64,000 nt of DNA, from assembly GCA_965197585.1 (NCBI GenBank), contig OZ240215.1, positions 1,920,001-1,984,000 on the forward strand, in the 5' to 3' direction. The position numbers were made by a program, and so were the translations under genes. Source of the DNA: Dehalococcoidia bacterium (GTDB lineage Bacteria; Chloroflexota; Dehalococcoidia; Plut-88900). Shown one piece after another: positions 27,134 through 37,320 of the stretch (within the stretch, counting starts at the first letter, position 1; each line of letters begins with the position of its first letter). The notes below the pieces were generated by a model, which was given only the letters and a program-made list of their open reading frames with translations, was not told the DNA's origin and did not search any database.

Positions 27134-28407
27134 CGCAGGAACCTCCAATCGAAGGGCGCCTGGGAAATAACCTCGGGTTCGTTCCTGGTGATTATCACCT
27201 GCTCTTCCAGCTTCACCTGTTCCAGCCCGTTCTCCCGACCCCAGCTGGACTCGACGGAAATCACCATGTTTTCCTCCAGCACACCGGGATAGTTCCCAAA
27301 TCCTGTGTCGCTTCCGTCCGGGAAGAAGATCGCCGGGTATTCGTCCGACATGCCGTCCCCGTGGGCCAGAATCGTATACCGGTTAGCCTTGTACTCCTCC
27401 GGCATCTTGGGAGTCCTCTCTGATATCTCCTGGAAGCTCACACCCGCCCGATATAGCGGTAAGCAGTCCCGGAGGAACTGGTAGGCCCGCTTGTAGGCAT
27501 CCGACTGCTCCTCATTCGGCTTCGCGTCTCCGCACAAATAAGTTCGCGATATGTCTGCGAAGTATCCCAACGGCCCGGCCATGTCCGTATCGATGGTCAC
27601 GAGGTTTCCAGGCAACACCAGCCGGTCCGAGGCCTCCCGTTTGAGCCACGGATTCGTGTTCCCTCCCGCGCAAAGGAGCTTGGAGTCCGTCCTTTCACCC
27701 CCAAACTTCAGATTCGTCGACGCCAGCACCGCGTACAGTTCGTTCTCGGTTACGCCCGGCTCGATCGCCTCCTGCACCTTCGCCAGCGCCACGTCCCCGA
27801 TGGCACATGCCTGCTTGATCAGGACTAGCTCGTCCTCTGTCTTGATCATCCTGGCCAGATTCATGGGCATTAGCCCATCCTCAAGAGACACTCCCTGTTC
27901 CTCAAGTGAGTGGATGGTCAGAATGTCCGACCTATCCATCCCGAGCGGCTCACCGGCGATGTTCAACTCGACCAACAAGTCCCGCATCTCTACCGCCCAC
28001 CTCTTCGTCGCTTCGACTACGTAGCTCCCCGTACGCCACGAGTCCATGTTCGACGCAGGCCGACCTATTACGTCCTCCCCCAATACCGGGGTCTCGGTGA
28101 CCGAGGGCATGAACAGAATCGGCTTCCCCTCTCGGGGAATCAGGGCGTGGCGGCCCTTCAGGTGCAACAGGAAAGTCTCGAAGTTCCGAGCCCCGATAGC
28201 GTAGCGCACGTTAATCGGGTCGAATAAGAGTAATCCGCCTAGGTTGGCCCGCGCCAGTTCCGCCTGAATACGCCGGATCCTCTCCCCCCGGAGCCTCCGC
28301 ACGTCAACCCGCTCCTCAAAGTCGACCACCTGAGTCCCGACAACATCTTTTTCATGGATTCGCTTGGCACACAATGCTCTATTCCTCGCTTCTTGTTTAT
28401 GGGCCAT
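27130..28407 (-). CDS. M24 (Xaa-Pro peptidase) family protein, DddP-like
   Basis: LLFDPINVRYA, TNPW, IDTDM.GP.GY.ADISRT, HGDGMSDEYP, VKLEEQV; start uncertain. Confidence 0.85.
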   Translation of the reverse strand: MAHKQEARNRALCAKRIHEKDVVGTQVVDFEERVDVRRLRGERIRRIQAELARANLGGLLLFDPINVRYAIGARNFETFLLHLKGRHALIPREGKPILFMPSVTETPVLGEDVIGRPASNMDSWRTGSYVVEATKRWAVEMRDLLVELNIAGEPLGMDRSDILTIHSLEEQGVSLEDGLMPMNLARMIKTEDELVLIKQACAIGDVALAKVQEAIEPGVTENELYAVLASTNLKFGGERTDSKLLCAGGNTNPWLKREASDRLVLPGNLVTIDTDMAGPLGYFADISRTYLCGDAKPNEEQSDAYKRAYQFLRDCLPLYRAGVSFQEISERTPKMPEEYKANRYTILAHGDGMSDEYPAIFFPDGSDTGFGNYPGVLEENMVISVESSWGRENGLEQVKLEEQVIITRNEPEVISQAPFDWRFLR

Positions 28408-28549
28408 TCCACACAGGGCTGATTCTAGGAGTGGGGAATGGCATGGTCAATGAACTGACCACGGCCATTGCCTTAGTCTAGGTTGGAATGTAGGATTGTC
28501 CAATCCGTGTTCGCAGACCCGAAATTACGATACTGAATAGGACTACAAA

Positions 28550-29713
28550 ATGAATCAGAAGGTAGTGTCCGCTGACTGTCACATAGACCTGAGCTGGTTG
28601 CCGGAAGACCTCTTCATCAACCGTGCCCCTGCTCACTTGCAGTCCGCAATGCCCAGGGTCGAAGAGACCGAAGACGGCCGTTGGTGGAAAATCGAAGACG
28701 CAGTCATATCCAGGGTAGCCGGTTCCGGTCTCAGTGGCACTGGCGAAAAGTATGTGCCCGGCTTTTCTCTCCACCTCGACAAGATGGAGGAAGAAGGTTT
28801 CTTCTCCGATGCTGCAGAGGGTCTCTACCACCCCACCACCCCCGAACTCCGGCTCCGCGACCAGGACATCGATGGCATTAGCGGAGAAGTAATCTACGGA
28901 ATCCTCGGCGTGGCCAGCGGGTTCGCCGCCGGCGGAGACGCCGTACGAAACTCCGAGGCGCTGGGTGCGATCTACGAAATCTACAATCAATGGGCCTCTG
29001 AATTCTGCGCCACAAACCCCGACCGATTCATAGGACTCGCATGCCTCACCAGCCACGATCCCAAGCTCGCTGCACAACAGCTGGCTACCGCAGCGGACCT
29101 TGACCTCCGCGGTGCCGAGTTCAACGTTTCCAGCGCCTCAACCCCTATCTATCAACCGGAATGGGACGAACTGTGGGCCGTCTCGGCAGAACGGCAAATG
29201 CCCATCTCATTCCACACTGTCGGTCTTCCGTACCGGAAGCCGGACGCCGGCACTCCCGACTACTGTCAATACGTTGCCATGGGCATAAACTTCACCCTCT
29301 TCCAGCTTTCCGGCGCCGAATATCTGGCAAGTATCATCCTTTCCGGCGCCTGCTCCAACAACCCCGACTTCAACTTCGTCCTCGGCGAATGCGGTGTCGG
29401 TTGGATCCCTTATGTTCTCCACCGATTGGACCAGGAGTACAAGGACCGGCTCTTCCACCTCAACCTCGAAATGGACCCCAGCGACTACTGGCGACGCCAG
29501 GGCCACTCCACCTTCCAGGACGAGGTGGTCACCCAGGAGCTAGTTGACCTCATCGGAGTTTCCAACATCCTGTGGGGCTCAGACTACCCCCACCCCGACG
29601 GCATCTGGCCCGAGTCTCAGCAGCTCCTCGAAACTAACCTGGCTGCCCTGGATGAGGAGACCCGGACAAACATCACCTACCGGAACGCCGCCGAGCTATA
29701 CCGTTTCAACTAA
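28550..29713 (+). CDS. Amidohydrolase_2 family protein
   Basis: SADCH, DQDIDG, YNQW, ISFH, GECGVGW, WGSDYPH. Confidence 0.92.
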   Translation: MNQKVVSADCHIDLSWLPEDLFINRAPAHLQSAMPRVEETEDGRWWKIEDAVISRVAGSGLSGTGEKYVPGFSLHLDKMEEEGFFSDAAEGLYHPTTPELRLRDQDIDGISGEVIYGILGVASGFAAGGDAVRNSEALGAIYEIYNQWASEFCATNPDRFIGLACLTSHDPKLAAQQLATAADLDLRGAEFNVSSASTPIYQPEWDELWAVSAERQMPISFHTVGLPYRKPDAGTPDYCQYVAMGINFTLFQLSGAEYLASIILSGACSNNPDFNFVLGECGVGWIPYVLHRLDQEYKDRLFHLNLEMDPSDYWRRQGHSTFQDEVVTQELVDLIGVSNILWGSDYPHPDGIWPESQQLLETNLAALDEETRTNITYRNAAELYRFN

Positions 29714-29768
29714 TAACCGGGCAACTCCGGATCTCCTCTTCCCACGGCAACGACCCCCCTGCCTAACC

Positions 29769-29795
29769 GTCATTCCGAGGCTCCGCGAGGAATCT
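29769..29795. repeat. REP-like element family C (gtcattccgag...gaggaatct)
   Basis: attcc...ggaat hairpin within an intergenic REP cluster. Confidence 0.55.
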
Positions 29796-29813
29796 GGGGC
29801 TGGGGGGCCAATC

Positions 29814-29894
29814 CCCTCTCCCTTGATGAGTCGCAGATGCGCCTCAGGCGTGAGAGGGCTAGGGTCGAAGACTCGCCGAGGAAAGTGAGAGTGA
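29814..29894. repeat. REP-like family B copy with two inserts (~29829-29851 and 29866-29886)
   Basis: Removing the inserts restores a near copy of 12490-12527. Confidence 0.7.
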
Positions 29895-30026
29895 TCCGGG
29901 TTCTGAAATTTAGCCTATCCATCTCCGGGCCCGAGGTCTTCCTCTCCTCCTGAGCCGAGTCGAAACATGTCGTGAGACCCTCGAAGTATGGGCGTGCGGC
30001 GGTTGATTCGAATTCCCCGGGCGGGG

Positions 30027-30059
30027 CCGCTCGTGCTGAGGCTCTCGAAGTATGAGCGG
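30027..30059. repeat. REP-like family A copy, uninterrupted
   Basis: ccgctcgtgctgaggctctcgaagtatgagcgg. Confidence 0.8.
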
Positions 30060-30257
30060 TGGGCGGGCGGGACAGGCTTGATCAAACGGCAAGCATTACT
30101 TGTCCAATTCTCGCCCCTCCAACTAACCACAGAGAGTAAGGGTGTTCCGACTCCCAAAAGAGCAGTCACGCAATAGTCTAGTACCGAGAGATATCCCCCG
30201 TTCATCACGCCCTGATGTTCCCAACAGCCCTGCGCTAGCTGTATCATTCCCGTCCGC

Positions 30258-31490
30258 ATGAGCGCACCCTACCATAGCCGCCCCACCGCGCCCCAATCGA
30301 CCAACTACCGCTTCGTCATCATCATAGCGATGATGTTACCCCACGTCTTCGGGTTCATTATCCTGGAGAGCCTGGGGCTGATGCTCCCCAGCATCAACAG
30401 GGAGTTTCACCTTAGCCCAACGGAAGAGGGAATCCTGGGGTCTGCCCCCCGGATAGGAATGATGATTCTGGCCCTTCCCGCGGGCTTGTGGTTCTCCAAA
30501 CTCAATGCTAAACACGTCACCACAATTACCTTCATTCTTGGGGCGCTGCTGGTGCTGCTCCAGGGTTGGTCGCCTATCTTCGCTGTGCTTCTGCTGGCTA
30601 GGGCGCTCTACGGCATCAGCATGGTCGTCCGAGAGCCCGTCAGGGCAATGCTCGTACGCCAATGGGCCCTTCCCAGAGAAGTAGTCACGATCAACGCCCT
30701 TTCTAACATGTTGTGGGGCGTCACCGCCGTCGGTTTCCTGCTGGTACCCCTTCTACTAAGGGCCCTGGATGACGACTGGCGGACAACTTTTTATATCTTC
30801 GCCGCGGGCATCCTTGGACTGACCCTGATATGGCACATACTTGGCAAGGAGCGGATATCCCCTCAATACCAGGCTGACATGCTTGCCCAGACCCGAAGCC
30901 CCATTTCTTCCATCTTCCGCTACAGGGAACTCTGGTTCCTCGCCTTCGGAGTCTTGGGCAACGCCGCCGCGTGGTCCGCCTTTGCTGTCTTCTGGCCCAG
31001 TTTGATGCTGGAGAAATTCGGCCTCTCCGAACTCACCTCCGGTTCCATCATTGCAATTGGTGGCGGAGTTTCGGCCTTTGCAGGCATTGGGGTGGGGCTT
31101 CTGACCAACAAGATCGGTAAGAAGCGCGTCATCCTTTGGTGGTGCGGCGTCGGAATGGCTGCGACCCAGGTTGCATTCCTCTGGACGGGGTCCTTTGGAT
31201 GGCTGGTCCTGATCACTGCGGTCAACGGGGTGGCCTGGTCCCACTTCCCAATTGTCCTGACCATCCCATTCCAGCTGCCCAACATCAAGCCCCGAGAGAT
31301 CGCTACCGCCATAGGGTTCCTGGAAACTGCCGTATGGGCCGGTGCTCTGGTCGGGCCCATACTCACCGGCGCCCTGGAAGACTTCGCTCTGGATCCCCGA
31401 CTTGCTCTTATGGTCACGGCAGCCATGCCGATAAGCCTGTCCATTGCCGCCATGCTCCTCCCGAGAAAGTGGGACGAGCTAACAGTCTAG
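30258..31490 (+). CDS. MFS transporter
   Basis: ~12 TM; alignable with 25889-27133. Confidence 0.88.
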   Translation: MSAPYHSRPTAPQSTNYRFVIIIAMMLPHVFGFIILESLGLMLPSINREFHLSPTEEGILGSAPRIGMMILALPAGLWFSKLNAKHVTTITFILGALLVLLQGWSPIFAVLLLARALYGISMVVREPVRAMLVRQWALPREVVTINALSNMLWGVTAVGFLLVPLLLRALDDDWRTTFYIFAAGILGLTLIWHILGKERISPQYQADMLAQTRSPISSIFRYRELWFLAFGVLGNAAAWSAFAVFWPSLMLEKFGLSELTSGSIIAIGGGVSAFAGIGVGLLTNKIGKKRVILWWCGVGMAATQVAFLWTGSFGWLVLITAVNGVAWSHFPIVLTIPFQLPNIKPREIATAIGFLETAVWAGALVGPILTGALEDFALDPRLALMVTAAMPISLSIAAMLLPRKWDELTV

Positions 31491-31505
31491 CCCCCGTGGC
31501 CCGCC

Positions 31506-32636
31506 CTAGTCCCCGTTCAGCCGTATGTTGAAGAGTCGCATTGCATTGTCACGAGTGATCTTCTTCTTGACCGCGTCGGAGATCCCCTCGAAATTCCTGG
31601 CAATGTACTCGTGCGACTTCGGCCAGGTGCTCTCCCAGTGAGGATAGTCATTGGCCCAAATGTAGTTGTCCTCCCCGATGATGTCCGTGTTCTTCACACC
31701 AACCGGGTCGTCCATGAAGCAGGCGTAGATGTTGCGCTTGAAGTAGTCGGTCGGGGCCATATCCGGCACCTCAACAAGTGAGTCCTGCCGCATCCGATAC
31801 TTGTCATCCGCCAACCACAGGTAGTGAGGAATCCAGCCGATGTCCATTTCGGCCAAAACCACCTTGAGCTCCGGGAACCGATCAAAAACACCCCAGTAGA
31901 TCAGGTGGGACAGGCTCCTCTGCCCCGGGTGGTGCAGGCAGGTCTGGCTGATCCGGGCCTGGCCGATCTCGTCCTCAGGCCCGAACCCCGTGAAAGCGTG
32001 CAGGCTGATGGGGATACCCACTTCCTGGGCTGCAGCCCACAAGGGGTCATACATTGGCTTCTCGTAGGTACGGTCTAGCTCGGGCCACGAGTTAATCAAG
32101 ACACCCCGCAGCCCCATCGCCGCGCAGCGTTCCAGCTCCGCAACCGCAAGATCAATGTCATACGTCGAGACCAGCCCGATCCCCAACAGCAGTTCCGGGG
32201 CATGAGAGCAGAACTCGGCCAGCCAGTCGTTGTAAACGGAGAACAGGGCCCGCTGGAGTGGGGGGTCTGTGAGGCGGTAGAGGGTCAGTGCATAGGAAGG
32301 ATAGAGCACCTCGGCCTCTGTCCCGTCGATCTTCATGTCTTCCAGCCGAGCCGCTGGGTCGTAACCCCCCGGACGTCCATCTCTATAGGAGACTTCCTCT
32401 ATGTGCGACTCGAACTCCGAGTAGCTATCCCGGCTCGCCCCTGCGAAAAAAGCCATGGATGCCGTTACGGTTGGCAGGTCTTCACAGACCCACCGGTCAC
32501 CCTTCTCGCCGGGCGGGTCCTTGACTATTCGCGGGGCACGGTCACGGAACTCGTTTGGTAATCTGGTGGTCCATAGGTCTGCAGGGTCGGTGACGTGTGA
32601 GTCCCCGGAGACGATCTTATAGTCGGCCATGGTCAT
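31506..32636 (-). CDS. Amidohydrolase_2 family protein
   Basis: SGDSH, YNDWL.EFC, ISLH, WANDYPH. Confidence 0.92.
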   Translation of the reverse strand: MTMADYKIVSGDSHVTDPADLWTTRLPNEFRDRAPRIVKDPPGEKGDRWVCEDLPTVTASMAFFAGASRDSYSEFESHIEEVSYRDGRPGGYDPAARLEDMKIDGTEAEVLYPSYALTLYRLTDPPLQRALFSVYNDWLAEFCSHAPELLLGIGLVSTYDIDLAVAELERCAAMGLRGVLINSWPELDRTYEKPMYDPLWAAAQEVGIPISLHAFTGFGPEDEIGQARISQTCLHHPGQRSLSHLIYWGVFDRFPELKVVLAEMDIGWIPHYLWLADDKYRMRQDSLVEVPDMAPTDYFKRNIYACFMDDPVGVKNTDIIGEDNYIWANDYPHWESTWPKSHEYIARNFEGISDAVKKKITRDNAMRLFNIRLNGD

Positions 32637-32664
32637 TCTCCTCGTGCCCGAGCCCCCTCATTTT

Positions 32665-32702
32665 CCCTCTCCCTCCATCGTAGAGGGCTAGGGTAAGGGT
32701 GA
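32665..32702. repeat. Degenerate REP-like family B copy
   Basis: ccctctccc...agagggctagggtaagggtga. Confidence 0.7.
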
Positions 32703-32757
32703 ATACGCTCGGGCTTTCATTGTTATCGATTATAGTACCGAGTCCCTGGTCGGGCTA

Positions 32758-33507
32758 CTACACGTTCACCCGACCCCCGTCTATCGGAAGCTCGATTCCT
32801 GTGACATAGGACGACTCGTCCGAGGCCAGGTACAGTGCCCCGAATGCTATCTCCTCCGGCGTCCCGATACGCCCCATCGGAATGTTAGCTACGGCATCGC
32901 CTTTCTCCGCTGCTTCCCTGGTCTGGGTATGGAGCATCGGCGTGTCGATGGGCCCCGGGTGGATGGAGTTGGCCCTTATGCCGTCCATTGCATACTGATG
33001 CGCAGTCGTCTTGGTCAGAATCTTCACGGCTCCTTTGGAAGGACCGTACGCCGTGCCATCCGCATTGCCCACTATCCCCGCCCCCGACGACATGTTCACG
33101 ATTGATCCCCCACCCGACTTCTTCATCTCCGGTATGGCGTGCTTGCTCCCCAAAAAGGCCCCTGTGGCATTCACCGCCATTATCCGATTCCAGGTTTCCA
33201 ACGGCGTATCCGCCACGAGTTCTGGACTGTAAGCCCCGGCGTTGTTAACCAGAACGTTCAGCCCACCGAACCGTTTTACCGTGGCGGCTACGGCTCGTAC
33301 CCAGTCCTCTTCCTTCGTAACGTCCAGCTCTACGTAGAATGCTTCTCCTCCAGCTTCGGCGACCTCTTCAACAACGCGTTCTCCCCGCCCCGAATCTATG
33401 TCAGCGACAGTAACCTTTGCCCCCTCCGACGCGAATAGACGGCATATAGCCGACCCTATTCCCCCCGCCCCTCCCGTTACCAAGGCGATCTTTCCTTCCA
33501 TTCTCAT
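32758..33507 (-). CDS. Short-chain dehydrogenase/reductase
   Basis: TGGAGGIG, NNAG, YGPSK, IRANSIHPG, DGG. Confidence 0.95.
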   Translation of the reverse strand: MRMEGKIALVTGGAGGIGSAICRLFASEGAKVTVADIDSGRGERVVEEVAEAGGEAFYVELDVTKEEDWVRAVAATVKRFGGLNVLVNNAGAYSPELVADTPLETWNRIMAVNATGAFLGSKHAIPEMKKSGGGSIVNMSSGAGIVGNADGTAYGPSKGAVKILTKTTAHQYAMDGIRANSIHPGPIDTPMLHTQTREAAEKGDAVANIPMGRIGTPEEIAFGALYLASDESSYVTGIELPIDGGRVNV

Positions 33508-33531
33508 GACATTGCCAGCACTTTTCCATCT

Positions 33532-33631
33532 CCTCTCCCTCGACGAGACCTTTGCATAACTCCAAGGGAGAGGGTTTGGGGCGGAGTCCTATACCCTCTC
33601 CCTCGATGGGAGAGGGCTAGGGTGAGGGTGA
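33532..33631. repeat. Two adjacent REP-like family B copies; the first contains an 18-nt insert resembling an IS5/IS1106-type end
   Basis: cctctccc..[gagacctttgcataactc]..gggagagg, then a full copy at 33594-33631. Confidence 0.7.
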
Positions 33632-33642
33632 TTGCCCTTTCT

Positions 33643-34725
33643 CTAGCCCTGCTCAGTTATCACTCTACGGCAGAAGGTTGCCGCATTAACCAAATCCGGG
33701 ATGATCACGAATTCTCTAACCGTGTGCATCTCGTTCGTCGCCATCCCGACCACTATGCACTCGATCCCGTGCTCCCTCATCACGTTGGCGTCGGTCCCCC
33801 CACCCGAGGGTTCCAGCCGCAGAGGCAGCCCCATGGCGTCGAGGTTCCGTTTTGCCAATTCCAGCATCTTCTCCCCGGGCCTGACGGTGTAGGTGTTGAA
33901 CTCTACGTTGAAACCATCCTCGATAATCGCCTCCTTGTACCGGTCCCGCACCTGATCGAAAATACCCCGAGCCTGGAGTTGTAGCAGGTCCAGGGTTTCC
34001 AGGTTGCGGCTGCGAAACTCGCCTGTGAAAGTAGCTTGCTCGGGCACCGCGTTCCTGACACTGCCGCCGGATATGGTCCCGACGTTGAAGGTCGTCTCTT
34101 CATCGAGCCTTCCCTGGGGAAGCTCGCTGATAATCTCCGCCGCGATCTTGATCGCCGATAGTCCCTTCTCCGGCTCGACACCCGCGTGCGCCGACCTGCC
34201 CGTGACATTAACCTCGAAGCTAACGTATGTCGGACTGGAGCCCGTGAGTTTGTTGACCGGCCCGTTCCCATCAAAGACCACCGCCTCATCAGCCGTGATC
34301 ATCGAAAAATCCATGTTACGGGCGCCCACCAGCCCGATCTCCTCGCCCCTGGTGAACGCCAGTTGAATGCTCCGCCGTGGCAATTCCTCCTCTACCACCG
34401 ACTCCAGTCCCTCTAGTATCGCCGCCACGCCAGCCTTGCAGTCTCCGCCTAGAATCGTAGTCCCATCGGAGACTATCCTGTCACCTTCTATCGTAGGTTT
34501 GATCCCCCGCCCCGGTTCCACCGTGTCCATGTGCGCCGACAATAGAAGCGGATTGTCTCCATCCTCGCGTGCGATCAAGTTGCCATGCGCATCCCTCAGA
34601 ATCTCGAAGCCCAGCGCCTCCAACCTCCTCGATAGGTCTTGTGCTACCTCCTCCTCTTCATCCGATGGGCTGTCGATTTGCACGAGATCGCAAAAGGTCT
34701 TCACCAAGCGGTCTTCATTGATCAT
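33643..34725 (-). CDS. M20 family metallopeptidase (peptidase T-like)
   Basis: AHMDTV, LGGDCKAG, EEIGLVG, GRSAHAG, GGGTDAN, EMHT. Confidence 0.92.
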   Translation of the reverse strand: MINEDRLVKTFCDLVQIDSPSDEEEEVAQDLSRRLEALGFEILRDAHGNLIAREDGDNPLLLSAHMDTVEPGRGIKPTIEGDRIVSDGTTILGGDCKAGVAAILEGLESVVEEELPRRSIQLAFTRGEEIGLVGARNMDFSMITADEAVVFDGNGPVNKLTGSSPTYVSFEVNVTGRSAHAGVEPEKGLSAIKIAAEIISELPQGRLDEETTFNVGTISGGSVRNAVPEQATFTGEFRSRNLETLDLLQLQARGIFDQVRDRYKEAIIEDGFNVEFNTYTVRPGEKMLELAKRNLDAMGLPLRLEPSGGGTDANVMREHGIECIVVGMATNEMHTVREFVIIPDLVNAATFCRRVITEQG

Positions 34726-34756
34726 TATTGCTTCCTCAAGTTTGTTGCCGCAGGGT

Positions 34757-35977
34757 CTATTTGCGGAATTCGTCGATTCTGGACATTCGCTCCCTGACTA
34801 TCTCCAGGGTCTCCAGCTTTTTGGGAAATGCGAACCGCACGAACTGTTTTCCCTGCTCGGCGAGGTGATAGAACGCCCGACCCGGGACCGGGGTCACCCC
34901 TATGGTCTCGGCCATAAACATGGCAAACGCAAGATCGTCATCATAACCACAGTCCGGATATTCGGTCATTACGTAGTAAGCCCCCTGGGGCGTCACGTAG
35001 TCAAATCCGGTATCCTTCAATATCGATAGTGTCGCGTCCCTGCGGGCTTGGTAGTCCGACGCCAGGCCTTCGTAATAGCTCATTGGAAATCCCATACCCT
35101 TGGCCGCGGCCATCTGCAAAGGGTGCGCCGCCCCGACAGTCAGGAAGTCGTGGGCCCGGCGTATAGCCGTGCACAACGTCGCATCCATCACTATCGCCCA
35201 GCCGATGCGCCACCCCGTCACGCTGTACGTCTTGGAGACGCTGTTTATGGTAACCGTACGTTCTGCCATTCCGGGCAGGGAAGCGATGCTGCGGTGGGTC
35301 AACCCGTCGAAAATGATGTGTTCATACGGCTCGTCTGAGAAGACCAGGGCATCGAATTCCTGGCAGAGTTCGGCAATGACACCGAGTTCTTCGTCGGAAT
35401 AGACCTTGCCCGAGGGATTGTGCGGAGTAGTGATAATTACAGCCTTGGTATTCTTCGAAAACGCCGCTCTCAGTTCATCCGGGTCGAATTTGAAGGAATC
35501 ACCGACACGCCGAAGCGGCACGTACACTGGCTTCCCCCCTGAGATCAAGGTGTCCGGCCCATAATTTTCGTAGAACGGCTCGAAGATAATGATCTCGTCC
35601 CCCGGGTCCACAAGCCCGAGCATCGTGGCCATCATCGCCTCGGTACCGCCACAGGTCACGGTGACGTGGGCGTCGGGTTCAGGACTCAGCCCGTTGTACC
35701 AGCTGAATTTCTCGGCTATCGCCTCCCGTAATGGCCCCGCGCCCCAAGTGTTGGCGTACTGGTGAAAATCACCGGAGAGGGCCTCTTCAGCCGCTTCTAT
35801 AAGGGCCGGGGGTGGGGTGAAATCGGGGAAGCCTTGGGCCATGTTCACACCGCCCAAGTTATTGTTAATCCGGGTCATATCCCGGATTATCGACTCAGTG
35901 AAATGGCGGACTCGCTCCGCCGTGTAGCGCTCACTGGACAAAATCGTGTGTGCCCCCGCCCCGTAGAGTTGGCCCAT
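34757..35977 (-). CDS. PLP-dependent aminotransferase class I/II
   Basis: AQGFPDF, PHNPSG, SDEPYE, SVSKTYSVTGWRIG. Confidence 0.93.
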   Translation of the reverse strand: MGQLYGAGAHTILSSERYTAERVRHFTESIIRDMTRINNNLGGVNMAQGFPDFTPPPALIEAAEEALSGDFHQYANTWGAGPLREAIAEKFSWYNGLSPEPDAHVTVTCGGTEAMMATMLGLVDPGDEIIIFEPFYENYGPDTLISGGKPVYVPLRRVGDSFKFDPDELRAAFSKNTKAVIITTPHNPSGKVYSDEELGVIAELCQEFDALVFSDEPYEHIIFDGLTHRSIASLPGMAERTVTINSVSKTYSVTGWRIGWAIVMDATLCTAIRRAHDFLTVGAAHPLQMAAAKGMGFPMSYYEGLASDYQARRDATLSILKDTGFDYVTPQGAYYVMTEYPDCGYDDDLAFAMFMAETIGVTPVPGRAFYHLAEQGKQFVRFAFPKKLETLEIVRERMSRIDEFRK

Positions 35978-36041
35978 TCTAACACGTAGCAGTCACCTCC
36001 CCCGCCACTCCAGAAGGCCAAATCCGAAAGCAGGCGTCGCG

Positions 36042-36650
36042 TTAGAGTTTCTGCGCATGGAAGAGGACCGCGCTCCAGCGCCCGGTCTCTTGAAGCTCCA
36101 CTCGGCTATGATCGTGTACCGGTGTTTCCACAATCTCGGCCCTGATAACGCTGAACCCGGTGAAGGCAGCCTTGAGTTCCTCGAGGGTTACGAGATCAAG
36201 CTCTGCAAAGAACCTGACTCTCTTCATCGTTGAGTCGAAGTCCTTCATGAGCACGGTGCCCCCCGGTGCCAGGGACTCCCGGACCGTCAGATAGAGCGGC
36301 TCTCGTCCCTTCTTCCTTCCCGGAAGTGCGAAGCTGCTAGTTATTAAGTCATAGTGGGTGAACGGCTTCCAGGTAGTGGCGTCAGCCACCTGTAACTCTG
36401 CTTCTATCCCTCGCGCCCGAGTGATTTCGCGCGCCGCCTTAATGGCTTTCGCCGCGATATCTATGCCCGTCACCCGCCATCCCCGCTGCGCGAGGGCGGC
36501 GACAAGGCCGCCCGCTCCACAGCCTACGTCCAGCGCTCGGCCCGGCCGCAGGCCGTCGATAATTTCCAGCATCCCGGCGTCGGGCGCCTCATAGTCCGTT
36601 GCGTCGCCCGAGTAGGATTTGTTCCAGTCGAAGAGGTCCCGGCCTTCCAT
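36042..36650 (-). CDS. Class I SAM-dependent methyltransferase
   Basis: PGRALDVGCGAG, GWRVTGID, LAPGG; start placed at MEGRD. Confidence 0.85.
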   Translation of the reverse strand: MEGRDLFDWNKSYSGDATDYEAPDAGMLEIIDGLRPGRALDVGCGAGGLVAALAQRGWRVTGIDIAAKAIKAAREITRARGIEAELQVADATTWKPFTHYDLITSSFALPGRKKGREPLYLTVRESLAPGGTVLMKDFDSTMKRVRFFAELDLVTLEELKAAFTGFSVIRAEIVETPVHDHSRVELQETGRWSAVLFHAQKL

Positions 36651-36780
36651 ACCTGCACCTGCCCGTGTCTCCGAGTCACGCCTAGGCGATACAGCGCCAA
36701 CCAGAGCCATATGAAGCCAATCGACATGCCTGCATGCTCGGTAGCTTCCCGAATACACCCCCGTCGCCGACCCCATGACC

Positions 36781-36796
36781 CCATCCTTCGGGATGG
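36781..36796. terminator. Stable hairpin downstream of the YciI-like gene
   Basis: ccatcc-ttcg-ggatgg; no U-tract. Confidence 0.4.
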
Positions 36797-36809
36797 AATC
36801 ACCGAGCCC

Positions 36810-37145
36810 TTACATGGGCAAGGGTATCGCTTCGTGGACTTCTATCGCACGACCTGGGTCCCACCCTACGTGCGGGTGACCCTCTAGCAGCGCCTTTGCC
36901 GCCTCCATACTCTCCGCCTCCAGGATTGAGTATCCCGTCACCTCGCTGTCGCTCTGCCCGGCCCCCGACGCGGTCATTCTCTGCCCACCCCCCAACGGCG
37001 ACCCCATGTCCACCAGGCTCTCTCCGCACTTCTCGGCCCACCCCATCCAAAGCGCCATGCCTTTCTGCATCTCCTCGGGTGTGCTCTCCGACATCGCGGC
37101 AACTGCCGACTTCGGAGCGTGATAAAGAACTATGTATCTTCCCAT
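36810..37145 (-). CDS. YciI/YCII-related protein
   Basis: W..W......LVD.G.PL, TGYSILEAES.E.A, HPH, IEVHE. Confidence 0.75.
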   Translation of the reverse strand: MGRYIVLYHAPKSAVAAMSESTPEEMQKGMALWMGWAEKCGESLVDMGSPLGGGQRMTASGAGQSDSEVTGYSILEAESMEAAKALLEGHPHVGWDPGRAIEVHEAIPLPM

Positions 37146-37320
37146 TGTTGTCTTCTCTTTACCGGCTCCCTTCCAACGCCCCATATGAACGCCTTCGGTT
37201 CACCTTTATACTATCGTTAACCCCTGACCAATTCTGCCCGCCTCGCTCTCTGTCTCCAATCTAACCCACAGGGTATATCGAATTATCGGGGAGGCAATCT
37301 TGCAGTGTCAATCAACGGTA

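Noticed and set aside
387-33631. Repeats as a possible CRISPR array
   Set aside because: They are dispersed rather than regularly spaced, with no spacers and no cas genes
36651-36802. Short hydrophobic stretch MSIGFIWLWLALYRLG upstream of the methyltransferase
   Set aside because: Too short and unrecognised to call as a gene or remnant
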